A DNA stretch of 64,000 bases, taken from positions 32,001-96,000 of the IMG/VR virus record IMGVR_UViG_3300049830_000142. One strand, written 5' to 3'. Below are positions 8,471 through 16,508 of the stretch, piece by piece. Source of the stretch: a virus. How positions within the stretch are numbered: the first letter of the stretch is position 1; each line of letters begins with the position of its first letter. Under the pieces are notes generated by a model that worked only from the letters and a program-made list of their open reading frames with translations, searched no databases and was not told where the DNA came from. Both the position numbers and the translations under genes were made by a program.

Positions 8471-8545
8471 ATGAAAATCATCGGATTCGCGGTGCTTACG
8501 GCGTTCTTCCTTTTATGGGTCGTCGTAAACCACGCATCACATTAA
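8471..8545 (+). CDS. 24-aa transmembrane micropeptide (not in ORF track)
   Basis: MKIIGFAVLTAFFLLWVVVNHASH*, fills intergenic gap. Confidence 0.55.
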   Translation: MKIIGFAVLTAFFLLWVVVNHASH

Positions 8546-8552
8546 CAAAACT

Positions 8553-9185
8553 ATGATCCCGGACAAAGAGTTCGATCTGGTCTATGGTAAAGAATCTTCT
8601 GGCAGTTTGGGGTATTACGGAATTAAAATCTCTGTGTGTGCCTTCAGACCGTTGACCGACGCTGAAAAAGCGGAACAGAAGAAAGATCATGGCTTCCTGA
8701 AGTTGGAAGTCAAAAAATTGGAACACGTTTCAGACTCTACTTACAAGGCTCTGCAACTTGTTGAAGACGAAGTCATGGCGGCGTTGGCCGCTTCAAACCC
8801 TGACGAAATGCATAGTGCAGCCCAAGATAAGGCGAATCTCTTCGCACTGTTTCCTGGGTTGATTTTCGGTCAGGACATCCCAAATGGGTATTGTAGTCAA
8901 GGTTGCTGCCGGCACAAACCTTGGTTTAGAATCACAACAGCGATCGGCACGTTCAAGATTGGTTGGCGTAAGCGCGTCATCAACCTTGATTGGTCTGAAA
9001 CAGTCTGCACTAAGTCTGGTGAAGAGCTGTTTCCAAACGAAGATGTAACTAAGAGTGGTTGTGGCGAACACTACATCCATGCCTACGGTTACGACAAAGC
9101 CAGGGAGTATATCAAAGCAATCTTCGCAAGCGTCGTTGTTGCCCCTTCCCTCCCTGAACAACCACCAACCAAAAAACTGGAGTAG
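8553..9185 (+). CDS. phage hypothetical protein
   Basis: IGWRKRVINLDW and YIHAYGYDKAREY motifs; A-rich leader. Confidence 0.75.
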   Translation: MIPDKEFDLVYGKESSGSLGYYGIKISVCAFRPLTDAEKAEQKKDHGFLKLEVKKLEHVSDSTYKALQLVEDEVMAALAASNPDEMHSAAQDKANLFALFPGLIFGQDIPNGYCSQGCCRHKPWFRITTAIGTFKIGWRKRVINLDWSETVCTKSGEELFPNEDVTKSGCGEHYIHAYGYDKAREYIKAIFASVVVAPSLPEQPPTKKLE

Positions 9186-9187
9186 CT

Positions 9188-9490
9188 ATGGACGAAAACA
9201 TTGGCAAAAAACTACTCAGCTATCTCGTCCTGTTCATCGCGATAATTGTAATGGCTTTTGGGTTAACGATGCTCTTGGAGAACCTTAGGCAGCGTAAACA
9301 CGATGAAGTTTGGCGGGCGGAAGCAGCTGAGTCGCAGACTTATACTGAAGGATTTTGCGCAGGTATGAGAGCGACCTTAAACAACGTTAAACTCGCAAAC
9401 ACTAATGTAGAATTGGCACCTATATTGGATGAAATGAACCGCCAGTACACGCTATACCATTCAAATAGTTTGGCGCGTGTAAAACCGTAA
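9188..9490 (+). CDS. single-pass membrane protein
   Basis: LLSYLVLFIAIIVMAFGLTMLL. Confidence 0.7.
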   Translation: MDENIGKKLLSYLVLFIAIIVMAFGLTMLLENLRQRKHDEVWRAEAAESQTYTEGFCAGMRATLNNVKLANTNVELAPILDEMNRQYTLYHSNSLARVKP

Positions 9491-9507
9491 AACATCTGCA
9501 ACAAAAC

Positions 9508-9969
9508 ATGAAAATACTCAAACTCGGAAAAAAAGCACATTGCCGGCGCATCAACGGCAAGGCCACACCCACTCACATGATCATTGACCGCGATGGTGGT
9601 CGTCGTTATGTGGTGCAGCCTGAAGGTCTGAAAGCGGACAAGACACCTTATGACCGGATGAACTCTGTGGCTGAATCGGAATTCACGGATGCAAACAAGA
9701 TGGACGTGCCAGATATTGATCCGGCTTACTTCGACATGGAAGTCGAAGACACCATGACTGGCTACAAAGGTGTTATCACGCACTTCATTTTCCATCTCGG
9801 CGGCTGTGTCCACGCTGCGGTCCAAAGCCAGAAGCCTAGCAAGACTGGGCCTACCTGGAACATCGAGGAAGTGGACGTCCGGAAGTTGAAAGGCAAGGGC
9901 ATCAAAAAGCTGCTTGACGCCGTCACTAAGGCTGACCGGCCTAGCCCGGACATGAACTTCGTGCTCTGA
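9508..9969 (+). CDS. small protein with two tandem SH3-like repeats
   Basis: KLG..RINGKAT...YVVQP..L vs EDTMTGYKGVIT...AAVQSQK...DVRKL. Confidence 0.65.
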   Translation: MKILKLGKKAHCRRINGKATPTHMIIDRDGGRRYVVQPEGLKADKTPYDRMNSVAESEFTDANKMDVPDIDPAYFDMEVEDTMTGYKGVITHFIFHLGGCVHAAVQSQKPSKTGPTWNIEEVDVRKLKGKGIKKLLDAVTKADRPSPDMNFVL

Positions 9970-10012
9970 TTCGTAACAAGGTTGGTGGCACCTGGAAGCC
10001 ACCTCTCCATTT

Positions 10013-10618
10013 ATGGAAAATAAACCAACAGCCAGCGTGTCTGACTTAGTTGATCAGCTTGCGAGTAGCCTAGTAATTACACCTAGGTTGATTGGACAAT
10101 CTTGTGTTAACTCCAAAGTGTCGCGTGGTAAACGAATGGGACTATATTTTGTTCAAAGCGGTAAGTGTCATTATTGTCGTAACTTTACAAAGCTTGATAA
10201 GTGGACTGTTGACCATAAAATACCACTTATCAGAGGTGGAACTAACGATGTAAGTAATCTCGTTGGGTGCTGCAGTTCTTGCAACCACTTAAAAGACTGG
10301 TTAACAGATGTGGAGTTCTCCACAATACCTCATGAGCTTATTGTGGAGGTTACGTCAGAAATTGATAGGCGCGAACCTGTATTCAGAACTATCAATGACA
10401 ACGTGCTTCTTGACACAGCTCGCAGGTTAGAGACGGCGGTGAGTAAAAACGATATGACCGCGGTGAAACATCTAAACAATTACCTGGTAAGCTGCATACA
10501 ACAACGACAGCAACAACGACAGAAATATGGTAAGGAGGTCCCCTCAATAATCGGACCTATCCTTAAGAGTGCCTCGGAAAAATTGGCAGAATGCAAACAG
10601 CTGTCTACAAGTGTGTGA
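10013..10618 (+). CDS. HNH endonuclease
   Basis: CHYC...TVDHKIPLIRGGTNDVSNLVGCCSSCNHLK. Confidence 0.9.
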   Translation: MENKPTASVSDLVDQLASSLVITPRLIGQSCVNSKVSRGKRMGLYFVQSGKCHYCRNFTKLDKWTVDHKIPLIRGGTNDVSNLVGCCSSCNHLKDWLTDVEFSTIPHELIVEVTSEIDRREPVFRTINDNVLLDTARRLETAVSKNDMTAVKHLNNYLVSCIQQRQQQRQKYGKEVPSIIGPILKSASEKLAECKQLSTSV

Positions 10619-10642
10619 GGGAATATGGCACTGCCAAACTAA

Positions 10643-10667
10643 GGGAGGCTTCGGCCTCTCTTTTTTT
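10643..10667 (+). terminator. intrinsic terminator
   Basis: GGGAGGC-TTCG-GCCTCTC-T7. Confidence 0.9.
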
Positions 10668-10680
10668 AGCTAACAATAAT

Positions 10681-10713
10681 TTGACAACAAACAAGCATGG
10701 AGTATATTACATT
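10681..10713 (+). promoter_or_regulatory. sigma70-like promoter, leaderless
   Basis: TTGACA-N16-TATATT-N5-ATG(10714). Confidence 0.75.
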
Positions 10714-11154
10714 ATGATAGAGATTTACACGGATGGTGGCAACAGCTCTAAGAAGAAGGCAGGTGGTTGTAGCGCTGTCATCTGTAAAGGACCTGAGATC
10801 TTAAAGGAGCTCTCTCAAGGTTATGATAACAACCCTACTAATAACATGATGGAGTTGGGTGGAGTTATCTTAGGATTGACCTATATGCTCGAGCATCCTG
10901 AGCTAGGTAAGGAAGTCACTGTCATTAGTGATAGTGAGTATATTGTTAAAGGAGCCTCTACTTGGTTAGAGAACTGGAAGAAGAAAGACTGGAAAGGTAT
11001 GGGTGGTCCAGTTAAGAATAAGCCTCTCTGGGAAGCTGTAGACTATCTTAAGTCACAGCTCACTATAACCTGGAAATGGGTGAGAGGACATGACGGTAAT
11101 GCCAGAAATGAAATAGCCGATAAGTTGGCAGTCAAAGCATACAAAGATTTATAA
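10714..11154 (+). CDS. rnhA: ribonuclease HI
   Basis: IYTDGG, TNNMMELGGV, VISDSEY, WKWVRGHDGNARNEIADKLA; start moved to 10714. Confidence 0.95.
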   Translation: MIEIYTDGGNSSKKKAGGCSAVICKGPEILKELSQGYDNNPTNNMMELGGVILGLTYMLEHPELGKEVTVISDSEYIVKGASTWLENWKKKDWKGMGGPVKNKPLWEAVDYLKSQLTITWKWVRGHDGNARNEIADKLAVKAYKDL

Positions 11155-11724
11155 GAGTTTACAGTTCTCTTGTATCTTTTTAACTTGATTGTAAAATTCA
11201 GTACTGGTTAAAGTACCTTTCATCTTATTACAAATCCAGCAGCAGGCTACACAATTGCTAACTGTGTAGCCTATGGTGTTGTTAACTCTATCAATACCAT
11301 TATGTAAGTAAGTACCATTTGCACTACGATTTTTATATTCTTGTGTAGGCAATTGGTTGCAATAATGACAATTTTCTTTTGTAATTTTTTCGAATAGTTC
11401 CATATCTATGTCAAAGGCTAAACCACGTTTTAATGCGCCTTGACGATATTTAGAATACAACGCATTTTTTGAAGCCTGACCCACTGCTATTTTATTACTT
11501 TCTCCTAATTTTTTTGTAAGTTCCGCATGGAAACATCCACAAGACGTTGCATGTCCTGTTCTTACTGAATTAAACCTAGTTGTATGTGTTTTACCGCAGT
11601 CACATTTGAATAAACCTATCCTATGTTGGCTCTTTTTAACGCATACTGGTGGGTTAACCTCTCGAATATAGGTAAGTCTCCCGAATCTTTCGCCTTTAGC
11701 TATCTTAATTCTATTTATACTCAT
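11149..11724 (-). CDS. HNH-type homing endonuclease with N-terminal GERFGRL domain
   Basis: GERFGRLTYI; CHYC...GIDRVNNTIGYTVSNCVACCWICNKMK; AT-rich; opposite strand to neighbours. Confidence 0.85.
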   Translation of the reverse strand: MSINRIKIAKGERFGRLTYIREVNPPVCVKKSQHRIGLFKCDCGKTHTTRFNSVRTGHATSCGCFHAELTKKLGESNKIAVGQASKNALYSKYRQGALKRGLAFDIDMELFEKITKENCHYCNQLPTQEYKNRSANGTYLHNGIDRVNNTIGYTVSNCVACCWICNKMKGTLTSTEFYNQVKKIQENCKLL

Positions 11725-11759
11725 ATTCATATTCTAGACAACACTAATATAGGCGTCAA
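11725..11759 (-). promoter_or_regulatory. sigma70-like promoter, leaderless
   Basis: TTGACG-N17-TAGAAT-N6-ATG(11724). Confidence 0.75.
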
Positions 11760-11767
11760 TTAATAAT

Positions 11768-11801
11768 TTGACATCTATGTATAATGAGGTATATTTAATT
11801 T
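11768..11801 (+). promoter_or_regulatory. sigma70-like promoter, leaderless
   Basis: TTGACA-N16-TATATT-N6-ATG(11802). Confidence 0.75.
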
Positions 11802-12059
11802 ATGAATATCCAAGAATATCCTATTGTTGAAAAATCTGTGTATAGCGGTGTAGCGTTAGGTGTGCAGCATCTTCTCAAAGATGTGTCTAATTTTAATAAA
11901 CCAGAAGTTGTTGTAGATACTATTGTCTATCATGTTATGAGCGAACTATGTGACGTAATAGACTTTGGTCAGACTGCTCTAAAGTTTTCTCCAGCGTTAA
12001 TGACAAAGATGTGGCAGGCGGCTCAAGAACAGGCTGAGAAAGAAGCACCGAAAGCTTAA
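11802..12059 (+). CDS. hypothetical protein
   Basis: ORF with dedicated promoter. Confidence 0.75.
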   Translation: MNIQEYPIVEKSVYSGVALGVQHLLKDVSNFNKPEVVVDTIVYHVMSELCDVIDFGQTALKFSPALMTKMWQAAQEQAEKEAPKA

Positions 12060-12060
12060 A

Positions 12061-12094
12061 TTGACGACAGCTACAGATTTGCTATCATTAGTAT
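12061..12094 (+). promoter_or_regulatory. sigma70-like promoter, leaderless
   Basis: TTGACG-N16-TATCAT-N6-ATG(12095). Confidence 0.7.
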
Positions 12095-12484
12095 ATGAGT
12101 AAGCACAAACACGTAGAGAAGCCTAAGATTGCTTCCAAGGTTCTAACTATCGCAGCCGTAGCCATTGTCACTTTTGCCCTAGGCTTTGGTTGTAGGAAAC
12201 CAGCCAAGCCTAGCTTACCCGACCCAATCGTCGTTACTAACACCGTTACGTTAACTAACATCATAACGGCTACTAATCTAGTCACTAGTTTAGTTACTGT
12301 AACAAACACTATTGTTAAAGCAGATTTAGTGACACATGTACGCAACATCACTAATGAGACAACTCTCTACAAGTATGTTAGTGTTACCAATAGTGTAGTA
12401 CCTAAGACTTCCCCTTGGTGGGCCTATCGCCCTCACACCAATCCACCTCCTAAGAAGATGTACCCGGTGTTGATTAAGGAGTAA
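12095..12484 (+). CDS. membrane-anchored or lipoprotein-like protein with (V/I)TN repeats
   Basis: Hydrophobic segment ending GFGC; VTNTVTLTNIITATNLVT... Confidence 0.75.
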   Translation: MSKHKHVEKPKIASKVLTIAAVAIVTFALGFGCRKPAKPSLPDPIVVTNTVTLTNIITATNLVTSLVTVTNTIVKADLVTHVRNITNETTLYKYVSVTNSVVPKTSPWWAYRPHTNPPPKKMYPVLIKE

Positions 12485-12510
12485 CCCTCCCCTCCCCCTC
12501 CTCTAATTTC

Positions 12511-12706
12511 GGGTTATTCCATGGTATTATGAAATGAGGGTGTAATAGCCTTCGCTGAAAAGCACTGAAGAAACGTGGGTGAGCTAGGATCATAACCTGG
12601 CTCACCTTTCTCTATTGTGGAGAACTTCTTAAGCTAAGTAAGCCATATACACTACCTCGGGTGTATATGATAATAGTCGTTTGAAAGCGGCAAGAGGTCT
12701 TCAGTT
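12511..12706 (+). ncRNA. candidate structured RNA or 5' leader, unassigned family
   Basis: Five tandem hairpins closed by ACTGAAGA(12564-71)/TCTTCAGT(12698-705); G-U pairs on plus. Confidence 0.6.
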
Positions 12707-13009
12707 ATGTCAAACATACAATTCGAAAATTTCATAAGGCTCGCTTTGACTATGCGGGCTGTAAAAAGTGTCGTTAACGGTAAGGCCGACTTCAAAGAGA
12801 TCTCTCGCGTCGCTAGCAGCCTTGTGCGCCATTCGATATCTTTAGATAAACCAGTCATTGAGCTAATTAGCTACTTTCACTATTTTTATAGTCGTGGGCG
12901 CGACACCCGTATCGCCTCATTGATGGCTGTCATGCATGCGCTTCACCCTTTTAATGCTGATGGCAAACCGTTACATATTAGCATAATACCTTTTCAGGAA
13001 TTTGACTAA
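12707..13009 (+). CDS. hypothetical protein
   Basis: ORF directly after the structured element. Confidence 0.65.
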   Translation: MSNIQFENFIRLALTMRAVKSVVNGKADFKEISRVASSLVRHSISLDKPVIELISYFHYFYSRGRDTRIASLMAVMHALHPFNADGKPLHISIIPFQEFD

Positions 13010-13050
13010 TAACTTACACAGAATTTGAAATTTCAAAACAAAATCAAAAA

Positions 13051-13410
13051 ATGAAAACTTCAAGAGTGCTGTATGACCCAACATACACTCCAGTCAACTA
13101 TCAAGCCGCTTGTCTACTGTCACGGTCCAAGAATCCTGACGAAGACATTGCTGGCCTCTTTAATTCTGTAATGTCGAACATTCCACCCGAGTATCGTCTA
13201 CAAATGATTAAACGGGCTTTCACCTTGCAGTTACAGAGACATCCCATTCCTCCTGGAACGACATTGTTGACGCTGACTGATGTTTTGCCACAACCTGTTG
13301 TTGTGGACATTCTTCGAAAAACACTGGCATCGCTGCACCATTACAACGCCCGATTCCTAAGAGTGGGTGTTGTTCGTGCATATGCCTATTACTCACAATC
13401 GCTAGACTAA
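13051..13410 (+). CDS. hypothetical protein
   Basis: ORF with A-rich leader. Confidence 0.7.
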   Translation: MKTSRVLYDPTYTPVNYQAACLLSRSKNPDEDIAGLFNSVMSNIPPEYRLQMIKRAFTLQLQRHPIPPGTTLLTLTDVLPQPVVVDILRKTLASLHHYNARFLRVGVVRAYAYYSQSLD

Positions 13411-13441
13411 ACAAATAACCTCTGCAAACAAAAATAAAACT

Positions 13442-13657
13442 ATGAAAACAATATCATTAGAAATATGCCAGAAAACGGAGTTTCAATTCGTCGGACGGTG
13501 GTTACAGCACGACGACGAGCTAGTCAAGTTTAAGCTCGACTTACTAAAATCATGGGATAAGCTTGTGGCAGGACTGGCTTTAATAACTGACTTACACCCA
13601 ACTGAGGAGATTATTAACAAACATCTTTTTACGTTGGTTTTTGAAAAAAAATGGTAA
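13442..13657 (+). CDS. hypothetical protein
   Basis: ORF with A-rich leader. Confidence 0.65.
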   Translation: MKTISLEICQKTEFQFVGRWLQHDDELVKFKLDLLKSWDKLVAGLALITDLHPTEEIINKHLFTLVFEKKW

Positions 13658-13856
13658 ACCTATTCAAATCAAGGATAACGATAACTATTTAGTCATCGTG
13701 TTCAATGTGATTACAGCTGCCTCCGAATTTTTAGCGAATGACGAGGTGATAGTTTGTAGTAAGAAACACCCTGGGCAAATCCCGCCAGGCAGCATTGTAT
13801 GGCCTGACTGTGAAGTTAGTGAAGAGCTATTCGAGTTGCTGTTTAAGCCAAATTAA
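13641..13856 (+). CDS. hypothetical protein
   Basis: ORF overlapping upstream gene end. Confidence 0.6.
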   Translation: MKKNGKPIQIKDNDNYLVIVFNVITAASEFLANDEVIVCSKKHPGQIPPGSIVWPDCEVSEELFELLFKPN

Positions 13857-13863
13857 CAATCAC

Positions 13864-13889
13864 AAAGGGGACTGCAAACCCTTTTTTTT
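13864..13889 (+). terminator. intrinsic terminator at convergent junction
   Basis: AAAGGG-N9-CCCTTT plus T run. Confidence 0.65.
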
Positions 13890-15696
13890 AGCTAAGAGGA
13901 TTCCTAGACCAGTAGTTCTGATCTCCCTCAGTCATCATGTGGAGGATCTCGTCATTCATCTGCTCTTTACGATTAGCCAAAGCTCTGATGTATTGATCAA
14001 CACCACCCGGCTGTTTATTAAACGTCATTCTATCCCAGAAAGAAGGCTGTGGTTGGGCTAAGTAACGTTGCACTAGTAGATTCTGTTTATCGGCTGGCAA
14101 GTCGTCATGAGAGTGGAAACGAGCACCTCTACCAATGATCTGCTTTTCCTTAGCTACATTAAAGTGTGGGTCAAGCATCTGGATTAATCTAGTACCTCTA
14201 AGATCCAATCCTTCTGCACCAGCTGAGCTAATTAGCAAAGCCCTTATCTTATTAGCATTGTAATCCCTGACCATCTGCTCACGTTGTGCTGGGTTAACAG
14301 CACCTGAGAACTCGCCATAAGGAATGTTGTTCTTTTGCAACAGCTGTTCATAAGGCTTTAGACCACTCTGCAAATAGTTACTATAGACCACACCTTTATA
14401 ACTAGGGTCTTTAGCCATCTGTTGTTTAAGGAAACGGAAAGCATTGTCAATCTTAGGCTGCTGTAACTCATTCTTTCTAGTAGTGAAACCAGAGGTAGTA
14501 TTACTAACCTGTCTCACACCTCCTAAGAATGCTCGCATAGGCTCGAGCTCACCTTTACCTGGGGGCAAACCATTCCTGACTTTCCATCTCACCCACCAAG
14601 GAGCTTTACCCATGATAGAGTTGTAGATGTCTTGTTGATGCTGACCCATAGGCACAGCAACTTCTTTTTCAGTTACACTAGGGTAGCCTTCGTGTGGCGC
14701 GGCGTAGTAGTCTACGTACTTATCTAAAACTTTCTTCAACTCATCTCTGTTTTGAAGATGTTGTTCAACACCAGGCTTAACACCCATGAGCTTTCCTAAG
14801 ATACCTGGACTGACTTCCTCTTGCTTAAAGTACTTTTGATTGAAAGCTCCGGGAGAAGAAGGCAACACATCTTTACCAGCCGCTAAGTTAACTATGTTAG
14901 CTAAATCTGCTGGATTGTTATAGAGTGGTGTGCCTGAGAGTAGTAGACGTTTCTTAGGATGAGTCCTCTGAAGAGCTTGGTAAAGCTGGCTATTAGGATT
15001 ACGAGCTTTCTGCACTTCATCTACAATCTGTAATCCTTTATCATACATCGGAGTCTTGAGAGTGGGGTTCGCCAATCTCTGCTGACTTACGATGTTGACG
15101 TCTCTCGGAACACTACCTGTCCACTTCCTAAGCTCTTTACGATAGTTTTCTTGTAGAGCTGCTGGAACAACTACGTCAGTCGGCATCTTCAAAGACTTAT
15201 AGGCTTCGATACTAGACTTAGTTTTACCTGAACCAGTAGAATGAAATAGTACTAAACCTCTAGTACCTGGCTGATTAATCTTACGGACTACTCTAGCTTG
15301 TTGAGGAGGCATGTTAGCATCCCTCTCCTTGTCAAACTCAGTCCAGTCAGCTTTCTTTATAGCTCTATTACTTAACTGACGGTTACCTCCAATTACGGGG
15401 TAACCTTGGCGTCTCAATTTTTTAGCTAACAGTTCTTCAGCCTTCTCAGCTTCAAAGAAACTTAGTCTATTCTTATGAAATTCAGGTCTTAGCTTCAGAC
15501 CATGATTCTTCACCCAAGTGTTAGCTTTCAAGCCTTCCTTATGTTTCTTAAACCTTTCTTCAGCAGAAAGGCCGGACATACCTACGTAGAGCGGAGGTTT
15601 GTCTGGGTTATAGCTAGGATTAAGATCTCGTACTTTTTTTCTGTCTAGTACTTTCTTATCCAACTCAACCACATAAACGTTGTGAATTCCTGCCAT
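13888..15696 (-). CDS. GIY-YIG-like nuclease domain fused to SNF2/NPH-I-like SF2 helicase
   Basis: NVYVVEL...LYVGMSG...ERF N-domain; HSTGSGKT, DEVQ, SGTP, GAEGLDLRG, QIIGRGAR helicase motifs. Confidence 0.85.
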   Translation of the reverse strand: MAGIHNVYVVELDKKVLDRKKVRDLNPSYNPDKPPLYVGMSGLSAEERFKKHKEGLKANTWVKNHGLKLRPEFHKNRLSFFEAEKAEELLAKKLRRQGYPVIGGNRQLSNRAIKKADWTEFDKERDANMPPQQARVVRKINQPGTRGLVLFHSTGSGKTKSSIEAYKSLKMPTDVVVPAALQENYRKELRKWTGSVPRDVNIVSQQRLANPTLKTPMYDKGLQIVDEVQKARNPNSQLYQALQRTHPKKRLLLSGTPLYNNPADLANIVNLAAGKDVLPSSPGAFNQKYFKQEEVSPGILGKLMGVKPGVEQHLQNRDELKKVLDKYVDYYAAPHEGYPSVTEKEVAVPMGQHQQDIYNSIMGKAPWWVRWKVRNGLPPGKGELEPMRAFLGGVRQVSNTTSGFTTRKNELQQPKIDNAFRFLKQQMAKDPSYKGVVYSNYLQSGLKPYEQLLQKNNIPYGEFSGAVNPAQREQMVRDYNANKIRALLISSAGAEGLDLRGTRLIQMLDPHFNVAKEKQIIGRGARFHSHDDLPADKQNLLVQRYLAQPQPSFWDRMTFNKQPGGVDQYIRALANRKEQMNDEILHMMTEGDQNYWSRNPLS

Positions 15697-16391
15697 TATT
15701 GTTTAGCCATATTTTGGCTTTTCAAAAATTGTTCTATCAGACTAATCCTACCTGCATTTCTCTCAGGTGTTTGTTGGTTAACTAAAGAATTTTGCATTTC
15801 TTTTGCTGTATTCTCATAGTTGTTTGCCTTTAATGATTCTAGTAGTTTTGGCCACTTTGTCAAACTACCTGTTTGATAGCCTAAGTCAACTACTGAATCT
15901 TTGACTGGTTGTGGAGTTGAACCCCAATTATTACCAACCAACTTCCCAATACTAGCATCTACATTGTTAACTTTATTAGTCAAGGCGCTGGCAGCTTCAG
16001 GTTCAGTTACCTTACCTAACTGCAGCATTTTAGGATCAGTTGAGCCATAGCCTATTGTCTTATGTCCTAAAGTGTCATTGTAAGGTTCACTACGAAATCC
16101 TTCTTCCTGTTTTAACCTAGCATAAATATCAGGGCTTGAAGCAACTCTTGGTGCTGTAGACACGGGTGGAATAGAGACAGGTTGTGCTCTATGTAATGGT
16201 GTCATAGTACCATCTGAATGCCTGGTAACCGGATTCTGGATAGACTTGGCAACGTCACCGGCTATCCTAGTTTGCGCAGGTTGTAATCCTACTTTAGGCG
16301 CTTGCTGCACATTTACTCCTGTACTAACTGAATTAGTCAGGACAGCTGCTTTGATCATGCCAGTCAAGAATGCATTAAAGACTTTACTCAT
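15696..16391 (-). CDS. GH24 (T4-type) lysozyme with N-terminal KAA leader
   Basis: EEGFRSEPYNDTLGHKTIGYG catalytic E-D-T pattern; AFLTGMIKAA leader. Confidence 0.85.
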   Translation of the reverse strand: MSKVFNAFLTGMIKAAVLTNSVSTGVNVQQAPKVGLQPAQTRIAGDVAKSIQNPVTRHSDGTMTPLHRAQPVSIPPVSTAPRVASSPDIYARLKQEEGFRSEPYNDTLGHKTIGYGSTDPKMLQLGKVTEPEAASALTNKVNNVDASIGKLVGNNWGSTPQPVKDSVVDLGYQTGSLTKWPKLLESLKANNYENTAKEMQNSLVNQQTPERNAGRISLIEQFLKSQNMAKQ

Positions 16392-16406
16392 AATAGATCT
16401 TCACTT

Positions 16407-16458
16407 ATGTTAGCTTAATATAACCGACATTGCAAACCGTAAGTTAGTCAGGTACACT
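16407..16458. promoter_or_regulatory. bidirectional promoter sharing a palindromic -35
   Basis: TTGCAA at 16430-35; 17 nt to TACACT (16453-58, +) and 17 nt to TAACAT (16407-12, -). Confidence 0.6.
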
Positions 16459-16464
16459 ATTTAT

Positions 16465-16500
16465 ATGCCAAATGACAAGGAATATTTCAAAGACTCATAA
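16465..16500 (+). other. 11-codon upstream ORF (MPNDKEYFKDS*) before the RNAP gene
   Basis: ATG exactly 6 nt after the -10 box; stop 8 nt before RNAP ATG. Confidence 0.4.
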
Positions 16501-16508
16501 ACGTTAAT

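Noticed and set aside
10591-10713. N-terminal extension of RNase H in the ORF track (also 59220, 62098, 5378, 11730 and 33083 starts)
   Set aside because: Extensions cross a terminator, a promoter or the neighbouring gene; downstream ATGs fit better
12565-12571. CTGAAGA resembles the hammerhead CUGANGA core
   Set aside because: No stem II followed by GAAA and no stem III/cleavage triplet in the right order; it pairs with 12698-12705 instead
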